A DNA stretch of 64,000 bases from Natronomonas sp. (GTDB lineage: Archaea; Halobacteriota; Halobacteria; Halobacteriales; Haloarculaceae). Below the pieces are notes generated by a model that ran no database searches, was not told the DNA's origin, and saw nothing but the letters and a program-made list of their open reading frames with translations. Where the stretch lies: NCBI GenBank assembly GCA_046545615.1, contig JBKGZK010000003.1, forward strand, positions 10,184-74,183, in the 5' to 3' direction. The position numbers and the translations under genes are program-made. Below are positions 60,136 through 64,000 of the stretch, piece by piece. Positions within the stretch are counted from its first letter, which is position 1. Each line of letters starts with the position of its first letter.

Positions 60136-60819
60136 TTAGTTAGTGCTGTCGGCAGGGCGAAGGTAGGGTTCCCAGAGGTCGAGAGTGACAGACAGCCCCG
60201 GTTCGGCGTCTTCGCCCCAGAGTTCGCGACCCTCGAAGGCGACCCGATAGAGCCGTTTGGACTCGTCTCGACCGTGGGCACGCGCGTCGGGAAATGGTTC
60301 GAGCCCACGATCGTCCTCGATTTCGCCGCACGCTCGACGAGCGTACCGTGGACTCCTGGTGTGACCCTCGGGATGATCGTTTCGGACCACGACGCGATCG
60401 CCGACCTCGAATGCGGGTTCCGCTGAACCGGTGTCGGTGTCCGGTTTCTGGTCGACCCAGGTGTAAGACGACAGGTCCACGGGCGTCGCGTCGCCGACCT
60501 CGGTTGCGTCGAACCCGTCAGCTTCGATCGCCTGCGTCCGTTCTGCGAACGTCTCGGGATCGACAAGTCCCGATTCTACGTACAGGCGGGTGATCGCGGT
60601 GACCCATCGATCGTAGTACGCGGATTCGAGATACAGGTCCGGGGGCATTCGTTCGATGCTGTGACGGAACCGGTCGATCGGGGAGATCCCGTTTCCGAGC
60701 GTCGCGAGCAAGGCGGCGTACATCTCGCCGTGCCACCTTTCGTGGAACGTCTCAGTGGGATTCGAGTAGGGCACCGGGCCGAAGCCGTCCATTCCGCCGA
60801 GATCGTGAATCCCGTCCAT
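60136..60819 (-). CDS. nthB: Nitrile hydratase beta subunit
   Basis: MDGIHDLGGMDGFG, FRHSIERM, YYDRW, FEVGDRV, GHTRSPRY, FPD..AHG, ELWG, DLWEPYL. Confidence 0.95.
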   Translation of the reverse strand: MDGIHDLGGMDGFGPVPYSNPTETFHERWHGEMYAALLATLGNGISPIDRFRHSIERMPPDLYLESAYYDRWVTAITRLYVESGLVDPETFAERTQAIEADGFDATEVGDATPVDLSSYTWVDQKPDTDTGSAEPAFEVGDRVVVRNDHPEGHTRSPRYARRACGEIEDDRGLEPFPDARAHGRDESKRLYRVAFEGRELWGEDAEPGLSVTLDLWEPYLRPADSTN

Positions 60820-60947
60820 ACCCGTCACTGGCGACCCGTCCTAAAGGAACTTTCTCCGAGAGAAGTAGACGGACGAGGGTCGAACGCCAAACGGGTGGCA
60901 TCGATGTGGGAGAAACGACTATACGTCACGCGACCGGATTATCTATC

Positions 60948-61082
60948 ATGGTCGTGACCACCGAGCGTGACGGGACAACGTGGTACGAGTGTGAGAAATG
61001 CGGGCTCCTCTTCGACGACCGCTCCGACGCCGAACAGCACGAGGAAAATTGTGACGCCGAAGACCCGAGTTACATCCAGTAG
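60948..61082 (+). CDS. Small zinc-finger protein (CxxCG...H...C), 44 aa
   Basis: MVVTTERDGTTWYECEKCGLLFDDRSDAEQHEENCDAEDPSYIQ; not in ORF track. Confidence 0.8.
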   Translation: MVVTTERDGTTWYECEKCGLLFDDRSDAEQHEENCDAEDPSYIQ

Positions 61083-61105
61083 GCCCCGAGCTGTCTGCCG
61101 TCCAG

Positions 61106-61348
61106 TTACAGTCTTCGTCTGTGTTCTTCGACTAACTCCTCGGCCTGTGCCTTCGACTGCGTGACCGTCCAGCGGATGGCCTCGCCGTCACCGTAGGCGA
61201 GCGCTTCCTTCAGGCTATCTCGCAACGGTCCGTGGTCGACGGCGAGAACGGTCCCCTCCCCGTCACCGAGTTCGTAGACGCCATACCGATCGGGAACCGA
61301 CCCGATGGTTGCCCGTTCCATCGGTTTCCAGGGTTTTCGCAACGGCAT
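61106..61348 (-). CDS. Conserved hypothetical protein
   Basis: MPLRKPW...PDRYGVYELGD; 80-aa ORF 3 nt after the upstream gene. Confidence 0.75.
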   Translation of the reverse strand: MPLRKPWKPMERATIGSVPDRYGVYELGDGEGTVLAVDHGPLRDSLKEALAYGDGEAIRWTVTQSKAQAEELVEEHRRRL

Positions 61349-61350
61349 GA

Positions 61351-61818
61351 TCAGGTCTCCGACCCCTGGTCGGACCGGCCGTCGTCGGCTTCAGGTTCGG
61401 ACACGAGCTCGTATGCCACCTCGCTCATCTCGTCTTCGGCGAAGACGAACACCCGACCTAGCGCGGTTTCGGGATCCGCCTCGACCTCGATCCGGTAGCC
61501 GTGGTTCGTGGCTTCGACGCCCGGAAACAGCGAGGTTCGTTCGCCACGCTCGAGAATCACACGACCGACGCCCGTCGATTCTAGAATGTCGTCGTGCGTC
61601 GTTCGGTCGTTGACGTACACCATGACGCCCTCGGTCTCGTCGGGAGACGTCACCAGCACGTGCACCTCCCTGCCGGGACCGCACATCACGGATTCGGCCC
61701 GACGTTCGGGAACGCCGTGGTAGAAGACCGATCGGTCGTCGGCGTACCTGACCTCGACGCCTTCGGGCTCGAGAGAGATCGGTAACGTATCGGGCGAAAC
61801 GTCGCTCCGCTGGCTCAT
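61351..61818 (-). CDS. Conserved haloarchaeal protein (DUF5796-like)
   Basis: Y.D.R.VFYHGVP, GVMVYVNDR.THDDILESTGVGR, GRVFVFAED. Confidence 0.75.
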   Translation of the reverse strand: MSQRSDVSPDTLPISLEPEGVEVRYADDRSVFYHGVPERRAESVMCGPGREVHVLVTSPDETEGVMVYVNDRTTHDDILESTGVGRVILERGERTSLFPGVEATNHGYRIEVEADPETALGRVFVFAEDEMSEVAYELVSEPEADDGRSDQGSET

Positions 61819-61902
61819 ACTCGCGGTTGGTCCCCCACCGGCAAAAGCGTCTTGTCCGCCCAATCGCCACGGCTTTGTAGTCGCACCCAAGAAACCGAAG
61901 TG

Positions 61903-62745
61903 ATGGAAGGCCGCGCGACCGCCCCGGCTGCGGGGACGGTGTTGAACGCCCTGTCGAACGGGTACGGCTCGGCGTTCGCCATCGACGCGTACACGACCGC
62001 CACCGTCGAGTTCGACGAAACGGACGCCGTGACAGGAGAAATCCCCGATGCACCGGATGCCGACACGCGGCTAATCGAACGGTGCGTCGAACTCGTTGTC
62101 GACCGGTTCGGCGACGGCGAAGGTGGCCACGTTCGAACCGAAAGCGACGTCCCAATGGCGTCCGGGTTGAAATCTTCGAGCGCCGCCGCGAACGCGACGG
62201 TGCTCGCGGCCCTCGATGCCCTTGATGCGTCGATGGACCGCGAAGACGCGTGTCGACTCGGCGTGACCGCGGCTCGCGACGTCGGAGTCACCGTGACGGG
62301 CGCCTTCGACGACGCCTCGGCGTCGATGCTCGGAGGCGTTACCGTCACCGACAACACCGAAGACGAACTCCTCCGACGCGACGAACCGGAGTGGGACATC
62401 CTCGTGTACACCCCAGACGAGCGGGCGTTTTCGGTCGACGCCGACGTCGACCGCTGTTCGCGGATCGCTCCGATAGCCGACGTTGTTTACGAACTCGCTT
62501 CCGACGGCGACTACGAGCGCGCGATGTCGATCAACGGATTCGCCTTCTGTGCAGCGCTCGGGTACCCGAGCGAACCCCTCCTCGAGGCGCTACCAGAGGC
62601 GGCGGCCTCGCTTTCGGGCACCGGGCCCAGCTACACCGCCGTCGGCGATCGGCCGGTACTCGAGGCGCTTTTTGATCGCTGGAATCGACGCAACGGACAC
62701 ACATGGCTGACGACAACACAGAACAGCGGAGCTCGGACGATATGA
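61903..62745 (+). CDS. aroK: Shikimate kinase, archaeal GHMP type
   Basis: NAL..G.GSA, SDVPMASGLKSSSAA, VTGAFDDA, SLSGTGP. Confidence 0.94.
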   Translation: MEGRATAPAAGTVLNALSNGYGSAFAIDAYTTATVEFDETDAVTGEIPDAPDADTRLIERCVELVVDRFGDGEGGHVRTESDVPMASGLKSSSAAANATVLAALDALDASMDREDACRLGVTAARDVGVTVTGAFDDASASMLGGVTVTDNTEDELLRRDEPEWDILVYTPDERAFSVDADVDRCSRIAPIADVVYELASDGDYERAMSINGFAFCAALGYPSEPLLEALPEAAASLSGTGPSYTAVGDRPVLEALFDRWNRRNGHTWLTTTQNSGARTI

Positions 62746-63008
62746 GTCTCGAGGAACTCCGCGACGAGATACGGAGCATCGACCACGAAATCGTCGAACT
62801 GATCGCCCAACGGACCTACGTGGCGGATTCGATCGCGGAGGTAAAACGAGAGCGAGGCCTGCCAACGACCGACGAGTCGCAGGAGGAAGCCGTCATGGAG
62901 CGGGCAGGGGCCAACGCGAAAAATTTCGACGTCGACGCGAACCTCGTCAAGGCCATCTTTCGACTCCTGATCGAGTTGAACAAAGTGGAGCAGCGAGAGA
63001 GTAGGTAA
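62703..63008 (+). CDS. Chorismate mutase (AroQ type)
   Basis: LEELRDEIRSIDHEIVELIAQR...K...DESQE; overlaps aroK. Confidence 0.9.
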   Translation: MADDNTEQRSSDDMSLEELRDEIRSIDHEIVELIAQRTYVADSIAEVKRERGLPTTDESQEEAVMERAGANAKNFDVDANLVKAIFRLLIELNKVEQRESR

Positions 63009-63263
63009 TAAAAAAACACCCGCTTTAAGAGCTCCAGCCTCAAAGAGGAGTGTTACATTCGTTTTTGAGGGATTCTCCTCGTACAGGTAGAGTCGGTGTG
63101 CAGCCGGAGGACCAAATTCTATTCCGCTTTAAATGAGCTCCATTAACTCCGCTCTAGTACCCGCCCAATCTTGATGAGAGATAACATCGCGAAGCTACCG
63201 GTCAGTTCTGCTACTTTGTTCTAACTCGAAGACACAATTATCTGTGTAAACATAGTTTCTGAT

Positions 63264-63492
63264 ATGTCCAGTATTACGGTCAATGTCGACGACGACCTCA
63301 AGACCGAATGAAACAACATCCGGATATCAACTGGAGTGAGGTTATCCGACAGGCCATCCAGGAAAAAATCGAGACACTCGAAGTGATGGCCGAGCTCACG
63401 TCCGGGAGTGAACTCACCGAGTGCGCCGTCGCCGATATTGCTAACAAAACAACGAGAGCGCACGCGAGCGCGTCCAAGAGGAGTCAGAGTAG
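63264..63492 (+). pseudogene. Frameshifted ribbon-helix-helix antitoxin
   Basis: MSSITVNVDDDLK / RMKQHPDINWSEVIRQAIQEKI.../NESARERVQEESE*; two apparent single-base deletions. Confidence 0.7.
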
Positions 63493-63501
63493 CCCTGACA
63501 A

Positions 63502-63640
63502 ATGAAATTGGTCGTCGGTGCCCACGTCGGAATCCGCGTTCATCGCTGACTCGAAAACACGTGAATTGATCGTCACGCTCGAACCAGACTTCCTGACACC
63601 CAGATTCGTCTCCGACTGGATTAAATCCGATCAACTGTGA
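63502..63640 (+). pseudogene. Truncated PIN-domain (VapC-like) toxin remnant
   Basis: MKLVVGAHVG / SAFIADSKTRELIVTLEPDFLTP...; the VVDAN motif is degenerate, frameshifted and truncated. Confidence 0.6.
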
Positions 63641-63678
63641 GTGCGCATCGGACCTCTGTGGAGAACCTCGTCTCTGGA

Positions 63679-64000
63679 CTACTCGACCCGTACCGCCCCG
63701 ACCATCCCCGAACTCTCGTGGGGAACGCAGTAGTACTCGTAGGTTCCAGGCTCGTCGAACGTGTGTTCGAATTCACCACCTGGAGGGATCAACCCCGCCG
63801 TCACGTTCGTTCTTGCCGTCCGTTCGGATTCGAAGCCGCCGCTTGCGAAGTAGGAAGCCCCATCAGAAATCGTCTCTCCGTAGGCCGTGACCGTATGGCC
63901 CACGTCGCTCGTGTTCCGCCACATCACGGTCCGTCCGAGTTCGATCGTCTTGGTCTCTGGATCGAATCCAAAGTCGTCAGTCATGGTGATGTGTCGGTCC
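63679..64000 (-). CDS. Halocyanin / plastocyanin-azurin family blue copper protein (5' end outside window)
   Basis: FDP..., HTV, GTYEYYCVPHESSGMVG type-1 Cu ligands; frame open to window end. Confidence 0.88.
   Translation of the reverse strand, partial: DRHITMTDDFGFDPETKTIELGRTVMWRNTSDVGHTVTAYGETISDGASYFASGGFESERTARTNVTAGLIPPGGEFEHTFDEPGTYEYYCVPHESSGMVGAVRVE

Noticed and set aside
1-64000. CRISPR array, rRNA, integrase or intact transposase
   Set aside because: No regularly spaced repeats, rRNA-like stretch or recombinase/transposase motifs seen
1-64000. Frequent CGATCG/TCGA words as a HIP1-like repeat
   Set aside because: Largely explained by Asp/Glu/Ile/Val codon usage in haloarchaea; enrichment cannot be shown without a Markov-model count

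Overview
This window comes from a GC-rich, acidic-proteome haloarchaeal chromosome (class Halobacteria, inferred from codon use, acidic proteins and archaeal gene families; the genus cannot be determined). The core backbone is purD (partial), cysK, mat, cyaB, FKBP, cdc48, tRNA-Ser(TGA), aroC, proC-proB-proA, pduO, a UPF0200-type kinase, tRNA-Arg(TCT), aor, lysA-like, purB, aroK and chorismate mutase. Accessory blocks are interspersed: (1) an acyl-CoA/catabolic block containing an rdfA-sph (SMC-like) pair; (2) a 31-46 kb metal/sulfur/respiration block with ZIP, cydAB, rhodanese, CorC-like protein and a rhodanese-MBL fusion + MFS + Bat-type regulator, including an AT-richer islet (39.7-42.6 kb) where an HTH/PemK-like toxin-antitoxin pair is bracketed by a 22-bp direct repeat; (3) a DehI-family protein and a P-type ATPase next to tRNA-Arg; (4) a complete cobalt-type nitrile hydratase operon (beta-alpha-accessory); (5) a decayed RHH/PIN TA pair. 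Best leads: the archaeal Co-nitrile hydratase with no amidase nearby; short upstream ORFs at TATA-box distance in front of three ion-homeostasis genes; the repeat-bounded TA cassette; and a C11 tract upstream of rdfA. No CRISPR array, rRNA, integrase or intact transposase was seen. All family calls come from motif recognition by eye, not from database searches.
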